From positions 20,085,648 to 20,149,647 of the forward strand of contig NC_092673.1 of assembly GCF_964355755.1 (NCBI RefSeq): a stretch of DNA of 64,000 bases, given 5' to 3'. The DNA comes from Antedon mediterranea (lineage: Eukaryota; Animalia; Echinodermata). Below the pieces are notes generated by a model. That model was not told the origin of the DNA. It saw nothing but the letters and a program-made list of their open reading frames with translations, and ran no database searches. A program made the translations under genes and the position numbers. Below are positions 1 to 14,404 of this stretch, in pieces. Every line of letters begins with the position of its first letter. The stretch's first letter is position 1.

Positions 1-426
1 CTTCACTGATCAACCGGTACCAGAAATGACAAAACGACACCGTATTTTGATTAGGCCTACTCATATGTAATAGGCCTACTGTCATGGTTCGGGAATCCCT
101 AAACTTTGATTTAGGTCGCGTTGGTGTGCAAGACCAATTACCCCATTCGAAATATTTATCAGTGTTTCAATATATAACACAAACAAATCCATTGAATAAC
201 AATACAAAGAATTACAATAATTACGTAACCATTTGTGGATTACGAAGTATAAATAGCGCCATCATTTATTTCGGCCAATAATATTCGTAGGTTGTGGTAC
301 AAAATGACAGCTTAATTTATAATTCAGTCGTACACTCTTTACAACATCTAACTTGTTGTAATAATATGACGTAATACCAGACTCCCGTACTCATAGTGAA
401 CCACGAGTACAACACTCTCTCTATAT

Positions 427-1629
427 AATAATAATTATAAATACTTTATTTTAACACGGAAAAGCTTGTGTCACCATAAAGGTGTTCTTCTACAAGGCCG
501 TCATCAACTAACAGTAATACAATGCACATTTAGAAATAACAAATTTTAAAAATAACAAATTAGAGAACAAAAATATATGAACAGAAACCTTAATTACATT
601 TATGCTAAGAGTACAAAATAAATAATGAATCACACCAATAATTTTTTAAAAGTATTTAAATTTGTGGCATTTTGCATTGTTTTTTAGAGTATTCCATAAA
701 CTAGCACCATGATATGAAAAACTTTTTTATTAATATTCTGTTTTGGGTTTATCCAATTTTAATACATCCCTTGATCTTGTATTGTATGTGTCTAGTTTGG
801 GTGTAAATAGTTCGTTTATATATGGTGGTGCTTGATTATGGAATATTTTATATAACATTTTGGCTTCATTATTATGTAGTTGAGTATTAAGATTTATCCA
901 GTTTAAGTTTTGCAGGGCTTGTGTACTTGAGTCGTATTTCCTTGTTTTTGTAATAATTTTGGCAGCTCTGTTTTGTAGCATTTGTAGTTTATTAGTATTT
1001 TTTTTATTTGATCTGGCCCACACAATATTACAATAGTTAAACTGTGGATAGATGATGCTATTATACATTAAGCAAGATACATGTTTTGGGACGAGATTTG
1101 AAGATTTTTTTAAGTAGTACAAGCCTGGCAATACTTTACTTTTAACATTATCTATTTGTTTATCCCACAGTAAATATTCATCAATAACAACACCTAGATG
1201 TTTACAGCTTTTTACTCTTTGTAGCCGAACATTGTCTATGTTTAAATTTAGATCAATGTTTGCTAATTTTGCAAGCCTTTGTTGTGTTCCTATAAACATA
1301 CACTGAGTTTTATTTATATTTAGACTACGCTTGTTACTTGCTAGCCATGATTTGATTTTTTTTAAATCTTCATTAATTTTTGCAAGTACTTCATTTATAT
1401 CAGAAGATGCAAAGTAAAGAGCTGTATCATCTGCATACATACTAATCTGTACACTATTTACATGCTTTGGTAGATCATTTACATAAAGTATAAATAAGAG
1501 TGGTCCCAAAATTGATCCTTGGGGGATTCCACAATTACTAGGCCTATAGCCTTTATCTGATCGGACACCATTTACTTGTGTTAAGTGCGTACGATCACAA
1601 AGATAGTCTTTAAACCAATTTATAATCTA
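427..1629 (-). mobile_element. 5'-truncated non-LTR retrotransposon (CR1/L2-like RT C-terminal half)
   Basis: Translation GIPQGSILGPLLFILYVND...MYADDTALY...KHLGV; AATAAA and an (ATT)n tail on the minus strand; TSD TCTATAT at 420-426 and 1630-1636; empty site in the third repeat copy (~9895-9906). Confidence 0.92.
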
Positions 1630-3873
1630 TCTATATGTATGACATTTAAGCATTACTTTATTTTATTAGTCAATCACGTATAACGGATTGTAACTAGCAC
1701 CATCACAACAAGATACTTTCAAGAAAAAAACAATCGTGCGATTACAGAATTTAGTAAATATCTGGGTTTCGAACATCTTTTGTTCCTTTTGGCATTAAAT
1801 TCTTCACGAATTGTCTTTAAACTTCAGTGTTTCTTTACAAACCATTAAATAAACGAGTCACAACTGGTAGCTGCTCGCCAGGGTTTAATTTAGGCCGAAC
1901 CCTGGTTACAAGGGCGTAGACTTCGGGTTATGAGTAGTTTTTTCCCCTCAGTTTCTACTGTATGATCAGCGCTTAGATAGGTTTCACATCATAAAGTGCT
2001 TTATAAACAAAGGACACTATAATATAAATAGGCCTATAACTCTGTGTATTTTTTGTATCAATGACGTACCATATACACATATCCATTTCTAGAACATGTA
2101 TGCATTTAATTTATCATGCTTAATGTATAAGAAGTTGATAAACATCATTTAACACAACTGAGTGTCTATTCTTGCCATTTGATAAAATAAATATACGCGT
2201 CACTTGTGACTGGTTATTAGTTTTAAAATAGAGCAAGGTTTTTCGTGGTTACCTACCTGTTACAGTGAAATCTAATAATTAATTGTGAAAAGTTTCTTTC
2301 AGCTTGTTGTTGAAATACTTCATAGTAGGTGTGTTATAAAACAAATAATGAATGTTTATATTTGTTGAATGGAGTATATTTCATTACAATATATTAATAA
2401 AATCGGCATTAACAAACGATTCAATTTCTTGTAGGCCTTTAAGGACATGCTTTATATTAATCTATCTACATTTCACATTGTTAACTAAGCATATTACAAA
2501 TAAAAAATTCGATATTCTCCAAAATTATGAACATGAATACTAAAATAACAAAGGAGCAGTAACTGTCCTGACCGAAATTAAACATGACAACAACTGAAAT
2601 GTAACGTCGCAAAGTGGTTAGACACTAACATTAGTATTATGAACTTTTTTACAAAAATAAAATGTAATGTATTTTGATATGTAAATACAGATTTGTATCA
2701 CCGCTGAAAAATAAGTTGTTTTAATGTCATAATTCCCGATGGTATCTTGCAGCATTAAATAGTAAATTCTTCATTAGATAATGCTGACAGGAAATGGTAA
2801 TGCCAAAAAGTTAAAAAATTCTTTAGGTGAATGCCGAAAAGCTCGAAATAGTAAATTCTTGAGGGCGGGTGGCGCAGTGTGGACTATTGATCGTGGGTTC
2901 GAATCCAAAGCTCGTCGCATTGATTGAATATGAAGCACAATACTTTAATTTTCCTTCGCAATGTCAATACTTCCAAACTCTTTTCTCAACTGACTGTAAC
3001 TTGCTACCTTACTTGAATTTGCATGCGGTAACACTGACAACGGTATACACAACGATGCTGGCATAGGGTAAAATAAATACTCAAGTCAATAGGCCTATAC
3101 TTTTAGCTTTAAATAACATAATAATGCGGTAACTTTTGTAATAGGGGTAAACCATAACGTATCTATATAACTACAATTTAATGACTTGAATACCCTCTTT
3201 TTACGAGCCTGTACGCAAGTGCGTCTATGATTTTAGAATAAGATTTTTGATTAGTGAACATGATCTTGTTAGGTATACTACGAACTATCTGTTACGATCT
3301 TAAAATCTCATCACTAAATGGGAGAAAATCCTTTTTAGTGTGATGTTCTGTTTTGTATTGTTTGTTGATTGTGAAATATTTATTCTGAATTAAAGGGATT
3401 AATCAATCAATCAACGTATTATTTAAATATTTTCACGTAATATTACATTAGATGCTAACACAAAACAAAATTTGTACCGACAATGTCACATAAACTATAA
3501 TTATGCTCATATTTGAAACTTACATTAAATTATCATGCAGTCAATCGCAACGGTGTAAACAACGATGTAGGCCTACAGTGAAATACATTAAACAAGTTTA
3601 CATCATATCAGATGATGCTAACGCAATATGTGCGCGCTATATTTAACCTATTTAACAATTGAGTTTTAATTAAAACTTGAATTAGCATGCGGTAACTCTG
3701 GCAACGGTATACACAACGATGCTGGCATAGGGTAAATTAAATACTCAAGTCAATAGGCCTATACTTTTAGCTTTAAATAACATAATAATGCGGTAACCGT
3801 TGCAATAGGGGTAACCATAACGTATCTATATAACTACAATTTAATGACTTGAATACCCTCTTTTTACGAGCAT

Positions 3874-4086
3874 GTGAAAACAAATCGATTTGCTAAATCC
3901 TTTATTCCCTCCGGTATCATCCAGTACAACAGGAAGTCAAGAAGATAATTTTATCTTGTAATTTTTAGATGTTTTTATATGAATGGTTTTATGCTATATT
4001 TCTTTTTATTGTGTTTTCTTTGTTATTATGACGAGCAATGAATTTTCTTTTTGAGGATCAATAAAAGTTATCTTATCTTATCTTAT
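3874..4086 (+). mobile_element. Short retroposed 3' fragment with AATAAA and an (ATCTT)n tail; also at ~8703-8916
   Basis: AATAAAAGTTATCTTATCTTATCTT interrupts an internal sub-repeat and is absent from the equivalent positions at ~3205 and ~18728. Confidence 0.55.
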
Positions 4087-5273
4087 GTACGCAAGTGCAT
4101 CTATGATTTTAAAATAAGATTTTTGATTAGTGAACATAATCTTGTTGTGTGTACTACGAACTATCTGTTACGATCTTAAAATCTCATCAGTAAATGGGAG
4201 AAAATCCTTTTTTTTGTAATGTTCTGTTTTGTATTGTTTGTTGATTGCGAAATATTTATTCTGAATTAAAGAGATCAATCAATCAATCAACCAGTGTATT
4301 TTTTAAATATTTTCACGTAATATTGAAATTTTATTTTATTTTTCTTGTATTTTCATTAGGCCCAGGAGTAGGAATAAAAGGAAACCCACTGCCGCCTGAT
4401 GGGTGTGTGGCTCCCTATAGATGAATGGATGTGAGTGGCAGTGGCTGTGTGTAGGAGGCCTATAATAGTACTCTGGGGTCACCACGCTACTCGTCTCGAA
4501 AGATGTCTTAACCGCCTGGCCAGTCACTCCCTTTCAAGTCGCCATTTAAGTTATCTGGTAATACCAAATACATTTTCTTTTGTGTAAATGTAAGAACAAG
4601 TTAAATTCATTTATTTACATAAACCAGGGAGATGTCCTATTACAAGTCATAACCTTCACTGATCAACCGGTACCAGAAATGACAAAACGACACCGTATTT
4701 TGATTAGGCCTACTCATATGTAATAGGCCTACTGTCATGGTTCGGGAATCCCTAAACTTTGATTTAGGTCGCGTTGGTGTGCAAGACCAATTACCCCATT
4801 CGAAATATTTATCAGTGTTTCAATATATAACACAAACAATTCCATTCCTTCACTGATCAACCGGTACCAGAAATGACAAAACGACACCGTATTTTGATTA
4901 GGCCTACTCATATGTAATAGGCCTACTGTCATGGTTCGGGAATCCCTAAACTTTGATTTAGGTCGCGTTGGTGTGCAAGACCAATTACCCCATTCGAAAT
5001 ATTTATCAGTGTTTCAATATATAACACAAACAATTCCATTGAATAACAATACAAAGAATTACAATAATTACGTAACCATTTGTGGATTACGAAGTATAAA
5101 TAGCGCCATCATTTATTTCGGCCAATAATTTTCGTAGTTTGTTGTACAAAATGACAGCTTAATTTATAATTCAGTCGTACACTATTTACAACATCTAACT
5201 TGTTGTAATAATATGACGTAATACCAGACTCCCGTACTCATAGTGAACCACGAGTACAACACTCTCTCTATAT

Positions 5274-6457
5274 AATAATAATTATAAATACTTTATTTTA
5301 ACACGGAAAAGCTTGTGTCACCATAAAGGTGTTCTTCTACAAGGCCGTCATCAACTAACAGTAATACAATGCACATTTAGAAATAACAATTAGAGAACAA
5401 AAATATATGAACAGAAACCTTAATTACATTTATGCTAAGAGTACAAAATAAATAATGAATCACACCAATAATTTATTAAAAGTATTTAAATTTGTGGCAT
5501 TTTGCATTGTTTTTTAGAGTATTCCAAACTAGCACCATGATATGAAAAACTTTTTTATTAATATTCTGTTTTGGGTTTATCCAATTTTAATACATCCCTT
5601 GATCTTGTATTGTATGTGTCTAGTTTGGGTGTAAATAGTTCGTTTAGATATGGTGGTGCTTGATTATGGAATATTTTATATAACATTTTGGCTTCATTAT
5701 TATGTAGTTGAGTATTAAGATTTATCCAGTTTAAGTTTTGCAGGGCTTGTGTACTTGAGTCGTATTTCCTTGTTTTTGTAATAATTTTGGCAGCTCTGTT
5801 TTGTAGCATTTGTAGTTTATTAGTATTTTTTTTATTTGATCTGCCCCACACAATATTACAATAGTTAAACTGTGGAGAGATGATGCTATTATACATTAAG
5901 CAAGATACATGTTTTGGGACGAGATTTGAAGATTTTTTTAAGTAGTACAAGCCTGGCAATACTTTACTTTTAACATTATCTATTTGTTTATCCCACAGTA
6001 AATATTCATCAATAACAACACCTAGATGTTTACAGCTTTTTACTCTTTGTAGCCGAACATTGTCTATGTTTAAATTTAGATCAATGTTTGCTAATTTTGC
6101 AAGCCTTTGTTGTGTTCCTATAAAAATACACTGAGTTTTATTTATATTTAGACTAAGCTTGTTACTTGCTAGCCATGATTTGATTTTTTTTAAATCTTCA
6201 TTAATTTTTGCAAGTACTTCATTTATATCAGAAGATGCAAAGTAAAGAGCTGTATCATCTGCATACATACTAATCTGTACACTATTTACATGCTTTGGTA
6301 GATCATTTACATAAAGTATAAATAAGAGTAGTCCCAAAATTGATCCTTGGGGGATTCCACAATTACTAGGCCTATAGCATTTATCTGATCGGACACCATT
6401 TACTTGTGTTAAGTGCGTACGATCACAAAGATAGTCTTTAAACCAATTTATAATCTA
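5274..6457 (-). mobile_element. Second copy of the same truncated CR1/L2-like LINE, duplicated with the tandem unit
   Basis: ORF 5558..6337 is nearly identical to 730..1509, with the same junctions and TSD. Confidence 0.92.
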
Positions 6458-9400
6458 TCTATATGTATGACATTTAAGCATTACTTTATTTTATTAGTCA
6501 ATCACGTATAACGGATTGTAACTAGCACCATCACAACAAGATACTTTCAAGAAAAAAACAATCGTGCGAATACAGAATTTAGTAAATATCTGGGTTTCGA
6601 ACATCTTTTGTTCCTTTTGGCATTAAATTCTTCACGAATTGTCTTTAAACTTCAGTGTTTCTTTACAAACCATTAAATAAACGAGTCACAACTGGTAGGT
6701 GCTCGCCAGGGTTCAATTTAGGCCGAACCCTGGTTACAAGGGCGTAGACTTCGGGTTATATTTTTCCCCCTCAGTTTCTACTGTATGATCAGCGCTTAGA
6801 TAGGTTTCACATCATAAAGTGCTTTATAAACAAAGGACACTATAATATAAATAGGCCTATAACTCTGTGTATTTTTTGTATCAATGACGTACCATATACA
6901 CATATCCATTTCTAGAACATGTATGCATTTAATTTATCATGCTTAATGTATAAGAAGTTGATAAACATCATTTAACACAACTGAGTGTCTATTCTTGCCA
7001 TTTGATAAAATAAATATACGCGTCACTTGTGACTGGTTATTAGTTTTAAAATAGAGCAAGGTTTTTCGTGGTTACCTACCTGTTACAGTGAAATCTAATA
7101 ATTAATTGTGAAAAGTTTCTTTCAGCTTGTTGTTGAAATACTTCATAGTAGGTGTGTTATAAAACAAATAATGAATGTTTATATTTGTTGAATGGAGTAT
7201 ATTTCATTACAATATATTAATAAAATCGGCATTAACAAACGATTCAATTTCTTGTAGGCCTATAAGGACATGCTTTATATTAATCTATCTACATTTCACA
7301 TTGTTAACTAAGCATATTACAAATAAAAAATTCGATATTCTCCAAAATTATGAACATGAATACTAAAATAACAAAGGAGCAGTAACTGTCCTGACCGAAA
7401 TTAAACATGACAACAACAACTGAAATGTAACGTCGCAAAGTGGTTAGACACTAACATTAGTATTATGAACTTTTTTACAAAAATAAAAATGTAATGTATT
7501 TTGATATGTAAATACAGATTTGCATCACCGCTGAAAAATAAGTTCTTTTTTAATGTCATAATTCCCGATGGTATCTTGCAGCATTAAATAGTAAATTCTT
7601 CATTAGATAATGCTGACAGGAAATGGTAATGCCAAAAAGTTAAAAAATTCTTTAGGTGAATGCCGAAAAGCTCAAAATAGTGAATTCTTGAGGGCGTGTG
7701 GCGCAGTGTGGACTATTGATCGTGGGTTCGAATCCAAAGCTCGTCGCATTGATTGAATATGAAGCACAATACTTTAATTTTCCTTTGCAATGTCAATACT
7801 TCCAAACTCTTTTCTCAACTGACTGTAACTTGCTACCTTACTTGAATTTGCATGCGGTAACTCTGACAACGGTATACACAACGATGCTGGCATAGGGTAA
7901 AATAAATACTCAAGTCAATAGGCCTATACTTTTAGCTTTAAATAACATAATAATGCGGTAACTTTTGTAATAGGGGTAAACCATAACGTATCTATATAAC
8001 TACAATTTAATGACTTGAATACCCTCTTTTTACGGGCCTGTACGCAAGTGCGTCTATGATTTTAGAATAAGATTTTTGATTAGTGAACATGATCTTGTTA
8101 GGTATACTACGAACTATCTGTTACGATCTTAAAATCTCATCACTAAATGGGAGAAAATCCTTTTTAGTGTGATGTTCTGTTTTGTATTGTTTGTTGATTG
8201 TGAAATATTTATTCTGAATTAAAGAGATTAATCAATCAATCAACGTATTATTTAAATATTTTCACGTAATATTACATTAGATGTTAACACAAATCAAAAT
8301 TTGTACCGACAATGTCACATGAACTATAATTATGCTCATATTTGAAACTTACATTAAATTATCATGCAGTCAATCGCAACGGTGTAAACAACGATGTAGG
8401 CCTACAGTGAAATACATTAAACAAGTTTACATCATATCAGATGATGCTTATGCTATATTTGCGCGCTATATTTAACCTATTTAACAATTGAGTTTTAATT
8501 AAAACTTGAATTAGCATGCGGTAACTCTGGCAACGGTATACACAACGATGCTGGCATAGGGTAAAATAAATACTCAAGTCAATAGGCCTATACTTTTAGC
8601 TTTAAATAACATAATAATGCGGTAACCGTTGCAATAGGGGTAACCATAACGTATCTATATAACTACAATTTAATGACTTGAATACCCTCTTTTTACGAGC
8701 ATGTGAAAACAAATCGATTTGCTAAATCCTTTATTCCCTCCGGTATCATCCAGTACAACAGGAAGTCAAGAAGATAATTTTATCTTGTAATTTTTTAGAT
8801 GTTTTTATATGAATGGTTTTATGCTATATTTCTTTTGATTGTGTTTTCTTTGTTATTATGACGAGCAATGAATTTCCTTTTTGAGGATCAATAAAAGTTA
8901 TCTTATCTTATCTTATGTACGCAAGTGCATCTATGATTTTAGAATAAGATTTTTGATTAGTGAACATAATCTTGTTGTGTGTACTACGAACTATCTGTTA
9001 CGATCTTAAAATCTCATCAGTAAATGGGAGAAAATCCTTTTTATTGTGATGTTCTGTTTTGTATTGTTTGTTGATTGCGAAATATTTATTCTGAATTAAA
9101 GGGATCAATCAATCAATCAACCAGTGTATTATTTAAATATTTTCACGTAATATTGAAATTTTATTTTATTTTTCTTGTATTTTTCATTAGGCCCAGGAGT
9201 AGGAATAAAAGGAAACCCACTGCCGCCTGATGTGTGTGTGGCTCCCTATAGATGAATGGATGTGAGTGGCAGTGGCTGTGTGTAGGAGGCATATAATAGT
9301 ACTCTGGGGTCACCACGCTACTCGTCTCGAAAGATGTCTTAACCGCCTGGCCAGTCACTCCCTTTCAAGTCGCCATTTAAGTTATCTGGTAATACCAAAT

Positions 9401-10597
9401 ACATTTTCTTTTGTGTAAATGTAAGAACAAGTTAAATTCATTTATTTACAAAAACCAGGGAGATGTCCTATTACAAGTCATAACCTTCACTGATCAACCG
9501 GTACCAGAAATGACAAAACGACACCGTATTTTGATTAGGCCTACTCATATGTAATAGGCCTACTGTCATGGTTCGGGAATCCCTAAACTTTGATTTAGGT
9601 CGCATTGGTGTGCAAGACCAATTACCCCATTCGAAATATTTATCAGTGTTTCAATATATAACACAAACAATTCCATTGAATAACAATACAAAGAATTACA
9701 ATAATTACGTAACCATTTGTGGATTACGAAGTATAAATAGCACCATCATTTATTTCGGCCAATAATATTCGTAGTTTGTTGTACAAAATGACAGCTTAAT
9801 TTATAATTCAGTCGTACACTATTTACAACATCTAACTTGTAATAATATGACGTAATACCAGACTCCCGTACTCACAGTGAACCACGAGTACAAACTCTCT
9901 CCATATGTATGACGTTTAAGCATTACTTTATTTTATTAGTCAATCACGCATAACGGATTGTAACTAGTACCATCACAACAAGATACTTTCAAGAAAAAAT
10001 CAATCGTGCGAATACAGAATTTAGTAAATATCTTGGATTTGAACATCTTTTGTTCCTTTTGGCATTAAATTCTTCACGAATTGTCTTTAAACTTCAGTGT
10101 TTCTTTACAAACCATTAAATAAACGAGTCACAACTGGTAGGTGCTCGCCAGGGTTCAATTTAGACCAAACCCTGGTTACAAGGGCGTATACTTCGGGTTA
10201 TGTGTAGTTTTTTCCCCTCAGTTTCTACTGTATGATCAGCGCTTAGATAGGTTTCACATCATAAAGTGCTTTATAAACAAAAGGACACTATAATATAAAT
10301 AGGCCTATAACTCTGTGTATTTTTTGTATCAATGACGTACCATATACACATATCCATTTCTAGAACATGTATGCATTTAATTTATCATGCTTAATGTATA
10401 AGAAGTTGATAAACATCATTTAACACAACTGAGTGTCTATTCTTGCCATTTGATAAAATAAATATATGCGTCACTTGTGACTGGTTATTAGTTTTAAAAT
10501 AGAACAAGGTTTTTCGTGGTTACCTACCTGTTACAGTGAAATCTAATAATTAATTGTGAAAAGTTTCTTTCAGCTTGTTGTTGAAATACTTCATAGT

Positions 10598-13500
10598 TAG
10601 TACAGGAAAACTATGAAATATGGTTGAAAAAATTGCAACAGAATTTATTTCACCACAATGCATTTCTATAAGGTCCCTATATGAACATACTAAAAGTCTA
10701 GAAAAATCCAGGTAGGGGAAATAGGTTTTTTTAAACAAAATGGCCGCCAATGGCGAAAATTCTTAAAAAAGGACAAAAAAACATAAATGATAGATCTAAT
10801 TACCACTTTATAACAGTTTTTACAATTGTTTATATATTTCTTTACAATTTCGAAGATCTGACCTACAATAAACACATTATTTTAAGTGCTGTTAATTAGA
10901 AAATGGCCGAAAAACAAATGTTTAAGTATCTAGATATATCCCTATTGTTATAATAATATATAAAACGCAGTCCTTCCTATGCTTAATACATAGGATTACG
11001 GTGTCTATTAATAAATCAGTTCATTCACATTTGTACTGTTATAACAACATATTACAACATTGGTGGTGCCAGTGGGGAGGGGTATAGGGATGGGAGATCA
11101 AATGGGAAAGGTGAGGGAGTCTGTCCGTCCCCCCATCCCCTCTCCACAATTGGCTATTTTTTATGTAGACAATATGATGATATTTCCTAATATAAAACAA
11201 TACCCCATTGAGTGCTGTTTCAAGGATTTTCATTTTTAAAAGTGAGTAAAACTACCCTTTACCGGTATAATATTATTGGAACCTCTGGGTGCGCTCCCAT
11301 TGATGGCCCAGCCAATTGATGCTGGCTGCGCTCTCCACCCCTCCCCCCCCCCCCCTCATCGGGAAAATCCTTGCGCCACAATCTATTACCGTATTCATTC
11401 GGATAAACGCTACATTTAGAAAAATCGAATAAATGCCCCCCTCCCCCTCCAGAGGACATCATTTTGAATAACCTACGCCACCGCACCCCCTCCCCCGCTC
11501 CTATCGGACATCATTTTGAATTTATTTCCTCGAATGTACGCCCCGCCACATGCATATTATACACAATATTGTGTTTTAACACATCTCTATTTGTAATAGA
11601 ATTCACTGAATGGTGTTGTATTTGTTCATATCTAAAGGGTGTATTTATTTGATTATACACGTTTCCCACATTACACCCACAAAAATATACGCCTCTCCGA
11701 ATAAACTCCTCATGACGATTACACGCCCCCACTACCCTCCTTAAAAATCAACCACCAAGGGCATTTATTCAAATAAATGCGGTAATTTCACTTTCATCTT
11801 GTCAGTATCTCATCCTCCATCTATTGGTGGGGAATTGAGCATGTGCTGATGCCGTGGCATTCTTAAAAAATAGTGGAACAGCAGTCCAAACCATATTTTC
11901 TGCAACGGCAATTCATTTTACTACAACCTTATTTAGGTACATCTAATCAACTTTAATAGTTTCTCTGATGCTGGTAGTCAATTTGTCATCAATACTTTCC
12001 ATCCCTAGTCTGTGGGTTGAAGAGTATTTCCTATCCACTGCTATGCCTGGTAATAAAGACTCACGAAATGAAATTTTGCAGCAAGGGAATAGATTTGCTT
12101 TTTGCAACTTTCTCAAAGAAAAGAGGCTGTCTAAAGTCTCCATTGACTTCCCTCCATAATATATAGGTACCAATGCCAAATTCCTGATGCAATGTTTTCT
12201 TTTTTTTTTGGAAACTGTTTGGTTTACAGAATTTGACATACAACTCCTACTGTGATGTGATGATTTTTAAGACCAACACCTTTTCCTAAACCAAATTCAC
12301 TTACGGCCCATAATTATAGCCATTAAACACAATAGTTTACTTTGCCTTCACATAACGTAACAAACATACATGGTACATAATAAGTGTCTTGAAATGTTGC
12401 TGTTTCGGGCCAAGAGGTTTGATGTAGCAAACAGTGGGCAGTGAGATGAAGGTTTCTGAGTAGTCTAGCAGTGTGTATGGAGTCAATGGAGTAAAAGAGG
12501 GCTGCAGGAAAAGTATAAGATTTTTTTTTTTGACCAAATGATGCATTGTGTATGACTGTCTCGCATAGATGATGAAATAGTATATGTGAGGGAATGTGCA
12601 CTGCCTCTTTATTGATGAATATGGTTGGTTTGACCCATGTGTTTTTTCCTCTTAAATTTATATTCTGTCACGGTTGCTTCATTCATTGATTTAATACTGT
12701 ATGTTCTCGATGGGGGAGCACTGTGAATGCATGTAAAGTCTGTCCTTGGTGTGAAGCTCTGTAAAAATTAGTTTGCTTTTTATACATGGAATCCAGGGAT
12801 ATGATACTACATCCCATCTATTTGGTATAGGAAAAGGTCTTAAAAAGTCTTAACACCTGGGCAGTGGTATGCTTACAAACTCTGTAAAACCAAAAGTCTC
12901 CGAAAAAAAAGAAACCATCGGATCAGAGGAATTGGCATTGATAGCTATACTGTATGGAGGAGGAATACGTTCTGGGAGAAAGTAGCAAAAAGCAAAACAG
13001 CACTTGAAATAAAGTCTATTCCCCCTACAACAAATGCTGCAAAATGTCATTCCCTGTGTGTATATTACCATGGTACAGCAGTGGATAGAAAGTACTCTTC
13101 AACCCACAGACTGGGGGATGGAAAGTTACAAATGGCGTGATGTGTCCATTGATGACAAATTTACCACCAGTACCACTGTTTGTGACGAATACCACATGCT
13201 TAATTCCTACCTATAGACAGAGGATGATAACTGGACAATGAAAATGAATGGATTAAGGTAGATTCTAAGATTGTATAATTCTATTGTTGTGACAGTACAA
13301 ATGTAAATGAACTGTTTTATTAGACACCGTAGTCCTGCATTATAATGCATAGGACTACGTTGTCTATTATTATAACCGTGGTGATATCTTGATACTTAAA
13401 TGTGTTTTTTTGTTGCTAAATAGCATTTAAATTGATATGTATATTGCAGTTTAAATGTTTGACACTAAAGAAATATAAAAAGCATTATAAAAACTGCTAT

Positions 13501-13722
13501 CAAGTGGTAATTAGATATAAAATATATGTTTTTTGTTCATTTTTAGACATTATTCGCCATTGGCGGCCATTTTGTTTAAAAAAACCTATTTCCCCTACCT
13601 GGATTTTTCTAGACTTTTAGTATGTTCATATAGGGACCTTATAGAAATGCATTGTGGTGAAAAAAATTCTGTTGCAATTTTTTCAACCTTTTACTGATTC
13701 TGAGCATATCTTTCCTGTACTA
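10598..13722. mobile_element. Non-autonomous Academ-like DNA transposon
   Basis: Termini TAGTACAGGAAA / TTTCCTGTACTA; 3-bp TSD AGT, confirmed by the empty site TCATAGTAGGTG in copies 1-2; several hundred bp of inverted repeat; degenerate transposase remnant (QPTDWG-like). Confidence 0.8.
11387..11784. mobile_element. Possible Tc1/pogo-type MITE nested in the Academ-like element
   Basis: TACCGTATTCATTCGGATAAA vs TTTATTCAAATAAATGCGGTA: imperfect TIR with TA flanks. Confidence 0.45.
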
Positions 13723-14404
13723 AGTAGGTGTGTTATAAAACAAATAATGAATGTTTATATTTGTTGAATGGAGTATATTTCATTACAATATAATAATAAA
13801 ATCGGCATTAACAAACGATTCAATTTCTTGTAGGCCTATAAGGACGTGCTTTATATTAATCTATCTACATTTCACATTGTTAACTAAGCATATTACAAAT
13901 AATAAATTCGATATTCTCCAAAATTATGAACATGAATACTAAAATAACAAAGGAGCAGTAACTGTCCTGACCGAAATTAAACATGACAATAACAACTGAA
14001 ATGTAACGTCGCAAAGTGGTTAGACACTAACATTAGTATTATGAACTTTTTTACAAAAATAAAATGTAATGTATTTTTACGAGCCTGTACGCAAGTGCGT
14101 CTATGATTTTAGAATAAGATTTTTGATTAGTGAACATGATCTTGTTAGGTATACTACGAACTATCTGTTACGATCTTAAAATCTCATCACTAAATGGGAG
14201 AAAATCCTTTTTAGTGTGATGTTCTGTTTTGTATTGTTTGTTGATTGTGAAATATTTATTCTGAATTAAAGGGATCAATCAATCAATCAACGTATTATTT
14301 AAATATTTTCACGTAATATTACAATAGATGTTAACACAAAACAAAATTTGTACCGACAATGTCACATGAACTATAATTATGCTCATATTTGAAACTTACA
14401 TTAA

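Noticed and set aside
2863-2910. tRNA-like A/B boxes (TGGCGCAGTGTGG...GGTTCGAATCC); also ~7692-7737 and ~45317-45377
   Set aside because: No complete cloverleaf; at most decayed SINE heads
84-13942. Short ORFs repeated in the tandem unit (MVRESLNF.., MFIFVEWS.., MAQCGLLI..)
   Set aside because: They recur only because the DNA is duplicated; no recognisable domains or splice support
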